A DNA stretch of 64,000 nucleotides from Epithemia pelagica (GCA_946965045.2 OX337234.1:3792737-3856736), one strand, 5' to 3'; shown: positions 22,743 through 36,746, counted from the stretch's first letter. The notes: a model not told the origin generated them from the sequence alone. Numbers and translations: made by a program.

Positions 22743-25700
22743 CTAGTTTCGAAAGACTTGCGCTTGACGAAGCATTTCGGTCCCCGTTCGTTCGCTATTG
22801 GGCAATACATACTCACTGCAGTCGTTTCGACTCACACCGAGCCACTCACAAATTGGCATGTAGATGGATTCCCAGGACAAGGTGGGAATCAATCGCCCCC
22901 GCCCCACATTGAGAGGACTATCGGCCGTCAAATCCAATGGATACTGACCAAGAGCCTTGCCTCCATTCAACGCTCCACCCATGGCAAAGGAATGGCCGGC
23001 CCATCCGTGATCAGACCCCGAGTTTGTATTGGGTGTGAGTGTTCGACCAAACTCAGAAACGACCAATAGCGTTGTCTTGTCCCACAGCCCCTTGTCCTTG
23101 AGGTTTTCAACGTAGCATGCCAAGGCCTCGTTCAATTCTTGAAACCCTGTGCTGAGCCGCGACTTGACGTCCGAGTGGTGATCCCAATTACCCGTCGAAA
23201 CATAAAAGAGGTCACGATCCACTCCGCGGTCTTTTCTGGTTTCCATCATTCGAACAACCATGTTAAGCTTGGCAGAACCACAACTTTTCTTCAACTGAAT
23301 ATCTCGCAAGGAATCTTCCAAGAACGCATTCTCTGCCATGGCACGCTGAAACGAATCGGACCAAAATTCACCAAAAAGGCTACTCGTGGCATGGTTCAAT
23401 CCGTTCAGACGATCGAAATACGTCTTCGGATCGAACTGTTCTGTGCGTGGCTTGGCGTTGAATGCCGTTGGACCTCGTTCGCTCATGACCAGTGGAGACT
23501 CCGAGTCTGACGTTTCCCCGTTCACGGCAGGGTACAAGTTGTTGATGGAAATACTTTGAGCTTGGAACCCATACGTCTCATTGTTCAGTGCATGGGCAAG
23601 ACGACCCAAGATTCCGGTTCCAAGCACTTCTTGATACGGATCTACGGTCTGTGCTTCTTTTCGCATTGCATTATGGGCAAAAAGCTGCGATACGGTCATG
23701 GCCTCAAAGTTTGTCTTTGTAGGTGCCATATTGATCAAGCCCGTGTTGAAGAACATGCTCAAATCCCCCTGGTTGTAGAGTTCCTGCAAAAGTGCCAGTT
23801 TCTTGTGGATTGCAAACTTGGAGCAGGGTTGACGGTCCACGTCAATAGTCAGCTGACGTTCGCTCTCTTTGAGTCCAATCGTGCCCCGTTCGGCCACATA
23901 CTGCTCCAAAACGGTCAATCCCATTGGATTGGTTTGATTGCAAGTGTGGGGGACAACCAAATTGTATGAGTCGTACCCTCCTGAAAGCATGAGCACCACC
24001 AACGCCTTGTATGTTCTTTCAGTGGGAACAACCTCTTTCTTGTGTCTTCTAGCCTTTCCAGTTTTGCTGACAATACCGTTGCTGTGGAACTCACTGGAAC
24101 CAACAATCAACTGTTGCGATTGCATTGCAGCCGCTTGTGGGTTCTCGGCAGTGTCCACGGCTTCTCCAATCATGCGCCGAAGTTCCCCATTCAGTCGACC
24201 GCTTGTCATAATTGTCGCCAATTCGTCTACAATTTGTGCCGTTGTGCTTCCTTCCGTAGGTGAGAATCCAGGATACCCTGACATGTTGACAAATTGTCCT
24301 GCCATCCTCCATCGGCAGTCAGAATATTGCGACCAGTTGGAGGTTTCGCCAAAACCACCAAAGCAACGGTCTAGTCCGTACTTCATCATTGCCAACAGAC
24401 CATTCATTGTTCCCAAAATGGTAGGTGTGGAATGGATTTGAGCTTCTGGAGACACCAAACCAGCGTTCGCAACGACTCCACTGGGCTGATACTCGGGAAG
24501 GAAGAAGGAAAAGATAGACGGCGACTCGTAGACTATTTGACCGATTGCTGCTTGTAGGTCTCTTTTGAATCGAAGAAAAGGAAACTCTGGCGTTGACTGA
24601 AACTTAAGGTTCCTCATGACCGCTAGAACCTTGAGTAGCGGCTCCTTCAATGAACCATACGCCGGGTCTGTTCCCAATACCGCACTCCTTGCTTCTCGGT
24701 CTAGAAAAATAGCAGCAACCGTAGCAGCAAGATCACCATGTTGTCCAGATCCAAACGATACGTCGAAATTCCCTCTGTCGTACGTGTAGGCTCCTGTTCG
24801 GAACGCCTCAGCAATCACTTGCACGTATCTCGGTGACGGGTTACTGATTCCGAATCGTTGGGCAAGACGAGTTGCAAGAAACGGGGCAGTATTCTTATGA
24901 TACAAGTAGTGATCGATGGCCGCGTCCGTCTCGTACTGCGCATCGCGCAAGGTAGGCTCAGAAAGCGAAATAAAGTGAACTGGGTTCCTGAAGGAAATGT
25001 TTGTTCCGACAATGCGAACCACCGAACGAACATTCTTACGCAAGTGCTCCACACCGAATTCATCTGTGAGCTCAAAGATGGTTTCGGGAGAGTACGATTC
25101 TAGTTGGCCTTGAGTTGAATGGACTTTGACGCTGTTCGGCAATTGTGTGATCGAATAGTTTCCATCCAGTATGTTGGGATGGAACGAACCGACTACAAGT
25201 TCCGAGAGAATCTCATCTTTTGTGGGTTCCGAAAAGAATACTTGCTGATTATCGACGATCACGTTGCACATGCAGTAGCCATCCTCTGCCACGTTACAAT
25301 CAGGAATATCATCACATCGATTGATGAGGTCTGTAACTTCCTCCTTTCCAGACTGAAAGGCAACTCTAAAGAAAGTTTTGTTGTCCTCTTCCTCTTGTCC
25401 CATCTCTCTCTCCTGCGAACTGTCTTCGTCAGGTACTGAGTGCACAATGGCAATCTTTCCCGCGTTGAAAGTGTCAAACTTGGCCTTGATGAAGCACTGC
25501 GTACTCTCTGCGAACCAAAAGAAGGGATGGTGTGGACCAGTACAGGAATTCCCTTCGCAATTTGATATTCTGAGTTGTTCGGTCGATGTACACATGGGAA
25601 TTCCGTCATCAGAACATCGTTCTTCTGCAGTCGACGCGAGAACTCGCTCTCCCCAGTAGACCTGTGAAGCATTAGCTCTACCTCCATCAAAGCAACATGC

Positions 25701-28700
25701 CGTAGAAGCCACTGCAGTTCGAGGATCGGCACACATGTACCTGGTGAATGCCAAGCCCTTCCCTCGATTTCGTTGCTTGATTTTGCGGGGATTCTGTACA
25801 AATGCATGGTAAACACATGGCGGTGGAACGTATTCGTAAAAGATTCCACCTTCAATTTGAACAACACGAAGCATGTCTACCTGGCATTCTTCACCGGAAC
25901 AATCGATGTTGTCTTGCAATATGACCGTCCCTGGATATGTACAGGAAGAGTCCTCTGGATCGGTGTCCTCTTTTTGACAAAGAATGGAGTTCAATTCACC
26001 CTCTGGATCTGCGACAAACAGGTTGGCGAGTTTGCCCCATTGATTTTCCGGTTGGAGCTCAGGAAACGGACTGGATCCCAACAGGATGTATTTTGCACCT
26101 TGCTTCAGAAAGTGCTGTCGTGGAAGATCTGCGCAAAGAGGGTAACCGTCACCAATGTACTTTTGGTTCAAACCCATTTTCGGAAAGATGTCTCTCGTCG
26201 AGACTCTTATTTTCATTGGATCAACTCGGTTGTCGGCAGCGTCATCCTTGTTGCCACGCGCTTCTTGCCTTTCAAAACCAGTCCAAACCCGAGAATACTC
26301 CATGATATCATCATTGGTGTACGCTCGAATCGGATGTCCATTGGCGTCCAAAGTTAAGCTACCATCACTGTTCAGCTCATGCAGACCAATCGTGAACAGT
26401 TGCATTACTTCTCTGGCAAAGTTCTGCGTTTTGAAATCATTGAGTGAGATGGATATTCATGACTGACAAAGAAGAGGATCCAGTGCTACAACATACCTCG
26501 TCGGGGTGTTCCACAACACCAACGTTCCGTCGCCAGTTGTAGCCGAGCGATTTTGAGCCAAGGTAAGTCAACATTCTAGCCATCAAAACGCTGTATGAAA
26601 CTTCTTTGAGGACATCACGGTAGTTACCAAAGGCGTGTCGAACGAAAATATCGTAATAGTGCACAAAGGCTTCTGTTCGAGTGGATTGGTTGGCATCAAA
26701 GTTGACAATCTGATGGCGAACAAAATCGCGATGATAGTGAGTCAAACAATAATATATGCATATACAAGAGCACGAACGTACGTCACAAAGCTGTACCTAC
26801 CAAAATCTGGCTCAGTGCCCACGCCATGCGTTGACGCAGCTGGTCTGGAGCTCTAAGGGCAGTGGTCAACCAGATAGTTTCTTTGTCCTTCTTGTGGTTC
26901 CCGCCGGTGTTGTTCCATTCCGTCGCGATCCCAAAGGAGCCGCGCAATCGTTCTCCGCCCAATTGTAGATCGTTCGCAACCTCACCAGGACTACCACACA
27001 CAACAACTCCGGCTCCGGTCTGTCCTCTAGAGGACAGGGAACTGCTGCTGAAGTATTGTCGAACAGACGGCAATCTTTGCAATGGCTGGTTGGCCAAGTC
27101 GTTGTAAAAATCAATCGTTTCACCAAACCGCCCCATATCAAACAGCACATTATCGTGGTTATCTTGCCATTGTTGCATGTCGTGGTGAGATGGAAAGGTG
27201 AGCCACACCTTTCCACTTTGTGCAAACTCGGAAATCTTGCCTGCTCCACCGGGATGTAAATCCAACCATTCTGTAAAGTCATAGACCTGGCCATGATTTG
27301 GATGAACATTGTGCCAGCAAGTGTCGCTGACCCATACTTCAAAGTCTTTTGCTGTCAGATCGGTCGAATTGCATCGACCAAAATTAGCATGTGCAGGCAA
27401 GAAAATGTCCCGAATGAGGTCGGTACCATCGCTGTGTGAGGCGATTAACCTTCCCAAGACTTCGTTCGTTTGCGAACCCAACGTTTGGCAGATTTGCTCG
27501 TTGCTCCCAGAGACTTGCATCCATCGAGACCGTGCCATCGGCTGGCAGGGCGGGGGAACTTCGGTGTCGTCTTGGATGCGCAACCCATCGACTGCATAGA
27601 TGTAGCGAGGTGTCTTAGAGTCAACAGTAACGTTATACAACACTTCGAGGGTCGTCGCATTCAAGTTCAGCTCAAACGACTGTTGATCACGGTGATTGGA
27701 TGATCCACAAACTTGACTGTCGTCACTAAGGTAACACGAGTCTTCATTTTGCCACGTCCTCGCAACGTTCGCACACCTGGCTTGATAATTCAGATTCTCG
27801 CTGTATGTTTGCTCCACAACTGTCCCGCCACCATCCGGTAATGGATTCGACAACGAATTTTCTTGTAACACAAAGCGAGGATCATGAATCCAGTATTCAC
27901 CCGAGCTTTGCTCTACTCCGAGAACAATGGGTACAGGTCCCCCATTGGAGTACTCGAATTGCGAGCAAATCTCATCTGTTAGTGGGTTTGTGGTCAGGAG
28001 GCGTTGTACACTCTTCTCTGAATCTTTGCTGGTATAATAATCCACATCCAAAGGCTGCGTGGCGTTTCCTGACAAGACAACTTGTATGGATGGCACCACC
28101 GGGTTCTCTGAATCTTGGACCATGTCCATTAATTGAATTGGTGGATTACCAGAAAAGGATCCAAACTGGACTGGCCGCTTGCACGAATCATCTTGAGGAT
28201 GGATCAGCCATACGCGACCATTCAGGAACGCTTCTGGAGCTTGACAAATTTCATAGCTGGTATAATGCCAAACACACAAGACAGGGTAAGTCACAGCAAA
28301 CAACAACACTAGCCTAGAAAACGAACTTCTAGAGTCCACCACTCACCTTCCATCGCGAAATATAAGCGATTGGGCATTGTTGGGACTCGTATGGAAGCGA
28401 ATGGGCAATGTGGTCGGCAATACCGTGAGAACCGTACCGTCGATACTCAAGAGACGGTACTGTCCGTCACTCGAAGTGGACAGTTCCAACGTTTTGAGCG
28501 TGTGTGGCTCGACCAGGGCAAATTTTCGATATGTGGTTCCGGCCTGACAGGGATGCGTGACGGTCCCAGTCGGCGAAGAGCTTGCAAACCGCGCCGTGGC
28601 ATGCCGTCGATAAAATTCCCGATGCAAGGTTGGTGGAACAGTCGTCATTTGTTCGCCGATCCATTCCGCCATGACTTGCAGTTGAATGTCACTTTCGGTG

Positions 28701-31672
28701 AGGCTCGCGCTTTCGCCTGCGAGTCCATCCGACTTGATTTCGTGTCGTTCTAATAAATCTCGCAAATCGGCTCGGGTGGTACCAAAGGTGCCTTGTTCCA
28801 AAAAGCGTGCGTATTCATCTCGACGTCGTTGCAGTGGGTTGTCCTCCCACGGCAATTTTCGAAGCGTCACGGCAAAATACCAGGATTCGTCCGGGTGGAT
28901 TGCACTCAAGGACCGCCGTTGTCTCGTGGCACCCCCTCCTATAGGTACCGTAGTGGTCAGGCTGTCTTTGTTGTTGTCGATAGTAGGGTCGGTCAAGGCA
29001 ATGGTGCACGTTTGTGGATTGCAATTGAGGGGAACGCGCGATGGCGAGGTATAGGCTTCCCAGGCATGGCCATGGTACGATCGGGCCAAGGGAATCCACG
29101 AGGAAGAGGAAAAGGACGAGCCATTGGTGGTGGACAACACCTGGCCCTTGGTGCGGACCAGCAGACACAACCGATTGGCGGGACAGGTTCGCACCACGAG
29201 TGAAAATGGCGTGCTCGCATTTTGGTTTTCGGCCATGACCAAGAGGGCCAGATCCGAGCCCTCCAAGGCCACGGTACAATCCAAGGGAGTTTCGGCCGTG
29301 ACATTGGCCACGGATAATTGAATGACGGAAAAGTCCTCGGCCAATTCCTCCCACTCCGTACCCAACCCACCGTCCGTCACACTTTGCAAATTGTCGGGGT
29401 CGTTGCCATTGGGATTGGCAAAAAAGACAATGGAAAGGACAATGAGAGTAGTACACAAGGCCACGACCAAGAATCCCAACAACCAAAATCGAGCTTGTCG
29501 TTGGCGGGAAAGAGCGTGTTCCTGCTGATAATAGTCATTGTTGTTGTCCTGGTAGTTTCCGGACCATCCCGCCCAGCCCAGTCGCTCCGAGAGGGTTCTG
29601 GTCGAGTTGGACCAGCACGGTCGCCGCCACCATGCCTTGCCAGATGCACCATTCGTGGTGGAGCTTGGGAGGGTGGTGCTGGTCGTCCAGACGGATTCGT
29701 TAATGCCATAATAGTCTTCGGGTACCGTGACGGGATCGGCCAAGTCCACGGCAATCGGTCGTTCGTGTTGTCGCAACAGCGCTTGAGGGGAGGAGACCAA
29801 TGCGGCTGTCGTGGGGGGCGTGTCGTTGCGACTGTCGGTTGGGCTGAGACTGCGCAATCGAATGCCCTGTCCTCGTTTGCTGGTGCGGCTCATGGTACTG
29901 CTGTTGGAGGTTGTGGAGGATGCCATTGTGGTGGTGGTGGTCGGATTGCCCCAGCCAAAGAGTGAAAAGGAGGGAGAGAGAAAGGAAAAAAAGTAGGGAG
30001 ACGTGGCATTGTGGGGCGTGGAGGAGGATTCGGCCGTGCGATTCTGGTCGTGTTTGGAGGAGTTGTGCTTGCCCCTCTTGTGATAATACTTTTTCTGTTT
30101 TCTCTTGTTCTGTTTGGTGGCCTTGCGGCCTGGCCACGAGGCTGTCAAGGCACTGCTAGCCTCATCATCGTCGTCATAATCGGGATGATCGTGTTCGTCG
30201 GGTTCATCCTGCAATTGTTCCACGCTGCCTGTTTCTCCCTGATGATGATAGTAGTAGTCTCGATCGTTGCGACTGCGCGTGTCATTGCTGTCTTCGTCAT
30301 CTTGATAAATCATGATGGAGGATTCGACATCGTCCTTGTTCCAAAAGAGCAAGTCGGAATTTTGTTCGACAAAATTCGTCGTTGCGGGTTGGGTGGACGA
30401 CGTTTGGTTCTTGCTGGTGACACTGGTCGTGGGCGTGGGTGGACTCCGGCTCGTGGTGTGGTTCTTGTTTGTTGTGCGTTTGCGGCGACTCTTGTTGTTT
30501 GATTTGGGCGGCGGTGGAGGAGGAGGAGGTGGCGGTGCCACACCACAAAAGGGTAAGGAGGAAAGAACGTTTTGCGTTGTCATGGCGGTCGCGTCTCCCA
30601 GCAAAAAGTCTTGGGTCGTTGTATCACCCTGCGTCGTTTCCGTCATGCTACTGACACTGGTGGAACCATCGACCGAAAGGAGCGAATGGAGGGGTGGTCG
30701 TCGTGGGCCCCCTCGAGACTGTTCTTGTGGTTGTTGTTGATGTAAGAGTGCCGCCGCCAAGACGTGCGATTGGGTACGACGAGGAGGAGGCCGTGTGGAA
30801 GCTTTGGACTTGGACTTTGGTTGTTGGTCCTTGGCTGCTGCTTTGGATGGTGTGGGGGTGCGTCGGGGTACTGATGCATCCTCTCGGGGATGGGGACTGA
30901 CGGATTGCAATCGCGTCGTCGAATAGGGCAATTCCATGTTGAAATCCAATCCACTGCTAATATCATCATCGTCGTCACCATCCTGTTCCTGTTGGTTGTC
31001 TCGCAACAAGTAGCGTCGACCGGCTGGATTCGGCATGCTGTTGTGGTTGTTGTTGTTGTTTGCGTTGTTGTTGAGGTTCTTTGGATGATGCTTGGCACCC
31101 CAGCCGGACGGCAACCATCGTTTTTGGTTGGAGGGTCCTGCTCCACCCGCCGTGGCACTGGCCTGCGAGGAGGTGGCCACGCCATCAAAGACGGACGAAG
31201 AGGAATCCAAACTGGTGGTTTCATCCCACTGGGGATGAGAGTGCTGTGGTGGTGCGGAGGAGTATGGCACGAGCAAGGACGGTGGGAGACGAGCATGTGT
31301 GGTGGGACCGACGCCTGCCGCCGCCACGACGGACGACGAGAGAGAACAAGAGGAAGAGGCGACGGACGAGGGCGAGGGTGGGACTTGCCAACTGGTTTCC
31401 TTGGTGACGGCATGATAATAGTAATGCTGACCGGAATGCGGATCGACCGCTTCCATCCACCACGAACCAGTGTCGTCCTGGTTGTTGTCGGGAGTTGTGT
31501 GTTGCGATTTGGAGTCTGGTTCGTCTTGACGTGATTGGGGTGGTCGGGTGCTGCTTGGATGCTGCAGTGCCTGTCGACTCGTCCTGGTGGCCGATTTCGT
31601 ATGGGACACATTCGTACTGTGGGTTCGCACGGCCGCATCGGCAAAGGCATAGCGTGGTGACGGCTGTGACAT
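22743..31672 (-). CDS. Giant single-pass membrane DUF1800-DUF1501 fusion protein (~2891 aa), paralog 2
   Basis: Exons 31672-28347, 28256-26801, 26709-26497, 26423-22743 (8676 nt, frame-consistent, GT-AG). TM FWLLGFLVVALCTTLIVLSIVFFA. DUF1800 (PF08811) motifs ARFLEQGTFG, DQLRQRMAWALSQ, PDENFAREVMQLFTIG, YTNDDI, HKNTAPF, KEPLL. DUF1501 (PF07394) motifs LMLSGGYDSYN, WDHH, SEFGRT, SDHGW, GRLIPT. Confidence 0.92.
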
Positions 31673-32697
31673 GGTTGGAATTAAACTGGTTGGACTTGGT
31701 TCGTTCTCAAGCTAAGACCAAGGCGGAGTGTTTCTCGGTTTGCGTTCGTGTTTTTTGTGTGAGTGTGTCTTTTGGTTTGGGTTCAAGGATGAGGATGATG
31801 AGGATGAACGGTTCGAGAGTTTGGTCCATTCCCTTCACACACAAACACACGCCAAACAAGAAGCGAAACGGAGCAGCAGGAATCGATCGATGGAGGTGCA
31901 ATGGCGATCCAAAGCAATCACACCACAGTCTCTTTCGTAGATGAGCTCTTTTTCGTGTGGGATTTGTTCGGCACCTCTTTGGCTATAGCGGATTGGATAT
32001 ACGAGAGAGACTGAGAATCCAGAACCACCACGCCGTTCGTTCCGTTCCGCATGCAACTCGAGCAACACACAAACTCTCCCCTTTGGTTGTTGTTGTTGGT
32101 TCTGTTGCGTTCTCTCGTTTTGAGTCTCGTCTCTCTCGTCGTCGATTGCCTTTCTTCCTGTTTTTCTCATGACGAGGTCGGTGCGCGTCTTGACAAGAGT
32201 CATCGCGCCGGTCAGCTTTTACTTAGAATCCCCAGTCATTTCGGGTTGGAAAAAAGTCCCCCATGGAAAAATTTCACCTACACTACAATGCAAAAGTTGC
32301 ATGTGCCAAATGTCCTGTCCGTAAAATGCAAAATGCTCTTGAGCGCAATGCGCGGTCATTGTACCAGTATTGAAGGCGGACTCGTGTGCAGGCCAAAGTT
32401 TGTTATGCGAGACGCGTGCCACAAGACCAAAAATCCCGTCGTTGCAAAAGTCAGCCCAGTCCGGCAAAGCGCAAAAGGGAGAAATTTGGGGCCGACGCTC
32501 ACAAATTGATGTGTCTGTCGTGAAATGAAAGACAAGGGAACACGCCAACAATAGATCTATAGAAGATGGAATCATGAACGTACGAGTACGAGTATGGATG
32601 GACACTCTTGGTCCTCTTTCTCCCTGTCTCCAAACGGGGTCTACCCATGAAATCGTTTGTTCGCAGGGAGAGTTGGTTGGTGAATAGTCAATCGTTG

Positions 32698-32725
32698 TTT
32701 TGCTTTGCTTTGCTTTGCTTTGCTC
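32698..32725. repeat. (TTTGC)n microsatellite
   Basis: TTTTGCTTTGCTTTGCTTTGCTTTGCT. Confidence 0.8.
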
Positions 32726-33338
32726 CAACCGCCCAAAGCTCCCCATGGAATGACATGTATACGGTTGTCGCAGTACGTACAAGTCGGTGGTTCTTTCGTC
32801 ATGCAGGTACGCGCAGTCGCCTCGGCAAGAAGAAGAAGAAGCCGCCAGGGCGATGGATACCATTTGGGGTTTTTGGTTGTTCCGAAATACACTACTAGGA
32901 GTACCTAGCTGGGTAAAAACATGAATGTTGCAGATCCAAACGTCGTCATCTTGGCTTTCTATTAGCGACAACAACAAGGGAACGGAGCGGCATGGCGTAA
33001 CGATGGAGGGGGGCTACCTATACTCCAAGAGGAGTCTATGGAGTATATACCTCCTCTACCCCCTACCAATCCGAATGGTCTGTACGTCGTAAGTTTATGG
33101 TTGAGGACTCATCTTCAACGTCAGTCACGGTTCGGACTTGCCCGTTTGTGGTGGGGCGGCGAGAGCGAGACAGCAACACGCAGCAAGGGAGTGTCTCGCT
33201 GCATCAACCAACCCATCACACATCCCCTTGAAACAACGATCCTCGTCTTGTGTCCTTGTCGTTGGTTGCGATTTGAGTGCATCTCTCGTTTGCCTATAAA
33301 GAAGACAGACAGTACAGGAACCAACCACACCAAACAAA

Positions 33339-34143
33339 ATGACTCGTTTTCCGCGTCCGCAAAATCTCAATGATTGCTTTTATGCGGCGGCGCAGCATAT
33401 GCGTCAAAAACCCGTGGCCTTGACCCACAAACAAACGGTACGGAATACTACTAGAGTTTGCGCTGCCACACACACCAAGTCGTTTGTTGGTGACCAAAAC
33501 CGCTGTTGGTTTCGTGTCGATCCATCCACTCGTGATTTCATTCGTCTCATGTTGTCTTTTTGATTCTTCTTGTGTGTCGAACTGATGGGGCGGTGTTCTG
33601 CTTCGGACATGGATTCTATATTGCCACTCGACACAGGTGTGCCGTTTGTACCGTCACTCTCTCCGTCTCATGTTGAGTTGGGTCATTGATCGCGACGTCT
33701 TTAATGAACGGGCCACGGAATTGAGAGAACGCTTTGATAAAAACCGGAACGTCACCAAGGCGGCTGCCGCACGGCTCATTGAGGTACGTTCGTTGGGTGG
33801 ATGAACTGCAAGAATGTTCGGCTTGATTTTTGGTCATCTCACAAAATCCCTGAATTTCTTTCACTCATGTTTGTATCAATCCAATCGGCCTCTGTAGGAA
33901 GCCCAAGATGAAATGTTTCGTTTCACGCATCCCGATCCCTACAAGAATCCCTACATGCCGGGTGGATCGGCCTTTATGCGAAACTCGCCCTTGCCCAAGG
34001 AAGTGTGTTTCCCCGATGGCGATGCCCCGGACGACTTTCCCGATTACTACCTCAATCCCGATTATTCGCTCTGCACCCCCGAGAGTGGACGAAATGCCAC
34101 GGGGACCGTCTTGGTGGACTTTTACAAAAAGAACATGGAGTAG
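33339..34143 (+). CDS. NDUFB9: NADH:ubiquinone oxidoreductase subunit B9/B22 (LYR family), 163 aa
   Basis: Exons 33339-33437, 33637-33783, 33898-34143 (GT-AG, phase 0): VCRLYRHSLRLMLSW...LRERFDKNRNV...EAQDEMFRFTHPDPYKNPYMPGGSAFMRNSPLP. Confidence 0.92.
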
Positions 34144-34568
34144 AAAAGACGTGCCGAGCAAACGAACAAAACAACAAAAGGACACACGCAACACAAAAAG
34201 AAAGAGAACCCATCGTCCTCTTTCCTCACTGTCCTTGTGTCTTGTGTGTGAAATGAATTCAGATACTCTGTAACGTTCTCCAAACGAAGCGCCGTTCCAG
34301 TTCCAATATACAAATAATCGAATAGCAGAAAAATTATTTATTGGCGAGCCGAGACCATCAACGTTGTAGTTGAATACGAATTGTGACTTGTACCGCACTG
34401 CCATCCTCCAACGTTGTATCCAAAACGTCTTCCAGGGACGAACTCTTGCATTTCGGGACGAACGTTCCCGGGTACCAACCATATATTTTGCCACACACAC
34501 AGGCCCTTCGGAATGCCAATATCTACGCCCGACAAGAGGAATCCAACCATGTGTGTGTTTTGTTTCTT

Positions 34569-36399
34569 TTAGGATTGCTGTTTGGTTTGCAACTGAAATT
34601 GCAATTTTTGCAATCGCAATTCCGCCAACCGTCGTTCGTTTTGGAGGGCAAAGGACTTTTGGGCGGCATCGCCTCCTCGTTCCTTGGGCAATACCAAGGG
34701 TTGTTCCAACCAATTGGTCAAGGCTTCGACTTCGCCCGCGACATTGCCTTGACATTGATAAATGCGGGCCAAGACGGACAAGGATTCGGCACAATCCAGG
34801 TTGCGGGACAAATTGCACGAGGCTTGAATGGCCAACAAGGCGCCATCGTAATCCTGCAGTTCCAATTTGGCCATGGCTCTAGTAGAGACGGAATATACCA
34901 AACGCACAAACAACAACACCCACGACAACAACCAATGGAACACACAATACACATGTGTGAGTTCGTTCGGCTACTACGGGCCGACGGGTGGACTGGAACA
35001 TGCGCAACGAACAGCTCGTGCCATAGTAGTATACCAACCACTACTTACTCCATGCGTCGTACTTGAATGAGCCATTGCAATCGACTGGGAGCTTCGGTGG
35101 TTGTACTGGGTGTATTCGAGGCGGACAACGACGACCGTGAGGACGGCAACGAGGAGGACCGTCTGGAGGACGCGGACGGTGGTGGTTTGGAGGGTGGAGC
35201 TCGTGGATCACTGCCACTGCGACTGATTTGTTGTTGTTGTTGTTGTTGTTGTTTTTCGTAGGCTTGTTGCAAGTCCATGGCCGGTCGAAAGGCCACGGCC
35301 ACGGCTTGTTCAAACAAGCGAATGGCCTCTTGGTACTCGTGTTGCTCCAAGGCTTGTTTCCCTTGAACTGCACCCAATTGACAGCCTTGCCACAAGGCCT
35401 CGGTGTTGCTCAACACTTTACGGTTGGTCGTACATTGTTGTGGATCCTCCAGGTCGGGAACCAAGAGATTCCAGAGTTTGCTCCCTTTTAGTGGAGGAGT
35501 TGTCGTCGTCGTCTCGGCCGGTTGGGAGGGAGTCTCGACACGACGCACCGTCTTGCTCTTGCTCTTGTTGCTGTTGGTATTGCGACTTTTGGGTGTGCCG
35601 GTTGCCCCTGAGGAGAATGCCGCATCCTGCCATTCTTGCGTGACAATGGGTCCACTGCCACAGAGTGAGCGACAGGGTCCTTCTTGGACGGTACTGTGGG
35701 GAGGCGCCAAGGCGTGCAAGGCCTGCAAGGTGGCACGAGCTCCATCGACCAGACATCCTGGAGAGGTACAAACGTACAGGGTGGTTGGAGGAGGAGGCAG
35801 AAGAATGGCCGAGGAGGATTCGTCCGTGTCGGTTAGTATGGTAGACTGGGTTGGCTTTGTGTGTGATGGTTGTGGCGGCTTGCCGTTTGGGTTTTGCGCA
35901 TGGGAGGACCGCGATGGAGATGTGCTTGTGCTCGTGCTTGTGCTATTACTCGATGGTGGTCCTCGTCGTGCCATATGGCCGCAATACTGGATTCTGGGGG
36001 ACGCTCTCGCCGACTGGGTCGTTGCGACGGCAATCCCAAAAAGGTATTGTCGTCCGTGCCAGCGCCTTGTCGATGTGACCGTCGGTTACCGGTGGTCCAG
36101 GACGACCAGAGGGAACGTGCCGTGTTCTTTTGTTTGGTGTGGGGCGGTGCCGGGTCCTCCAAATCGTCGTCGTCGTCCTTGTCGTTGGTTGGGTCCGATG
36201 ATGCAGCGGCCCATCGAGTCGTCGTCGTCGTCGTCGTCGTCGTTGGCCGGGTGAGGAATGGACCAATCTGTGGTGACGACAACAACGAGTCGTCTTTTCC
36301 AGGACGAAAGGACGACAAAACGGGTGATTCCAACACAAACGACCACGTGCCAAATGGCAAGGACGTCCACAAGTGGAGTAGCAGCAGCCACAGTGACAT
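34569..36399 (-). CDS. Thioredoxin-like [2Fe-2S] ferredoxin + TPR-like protein with a signal/plastid-type presequence; apparent 2-nt frameshift at 35975-35976
   Basis: MSLWLLLLHLWTSLPFGTWS-FVL presequence; YVCTSPGCLVDGA...EGPCRSLCGSGP; helical C-terminus (EYQEAIRLFEQA, DYDGALLA); intron 35048-34879 (GTAAGT...TAG). The frame break is located by comparison with the copy at 45021-45580. Confidence 0.7.
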
Positions 36400-36746
36400 G
36401 ACGACACGGACAATTCGAGGAATACAACACGGGTGGAGCCGAAGGAACGGTGGACTTTTGTTTGGTGGTTCTTGCTGAAATAAATAATGGACCACAGGAC
36501 ACACACAGGAATAAGCTACTTGCCAAACGAAGGACCTGCAAAACAAAACGAAAAACCGACAATGACAACGATGAGGACCACACCACAACCAAAGTGCGGA
36601 GATCCAAGCAACAGCAATAACGAATAACGAGTATTAGAACGAGAGAGATGCCACGCCGAAACTGGTTCAAGTTTTGCTATAGAGGAGTACTTCCGTTTGG
36701 TCCTCCAGTCGCAGATGTTCGGCGGGTTGTGAGCTTCGGTCGTCCG

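Noticed and set aside
32219-32977. 252-aa minus-strand ORF and neighbours in the divergent intergenic region
   Set aside because: TTG start, runs through a microsatellite, no recognisable domain or splice support.
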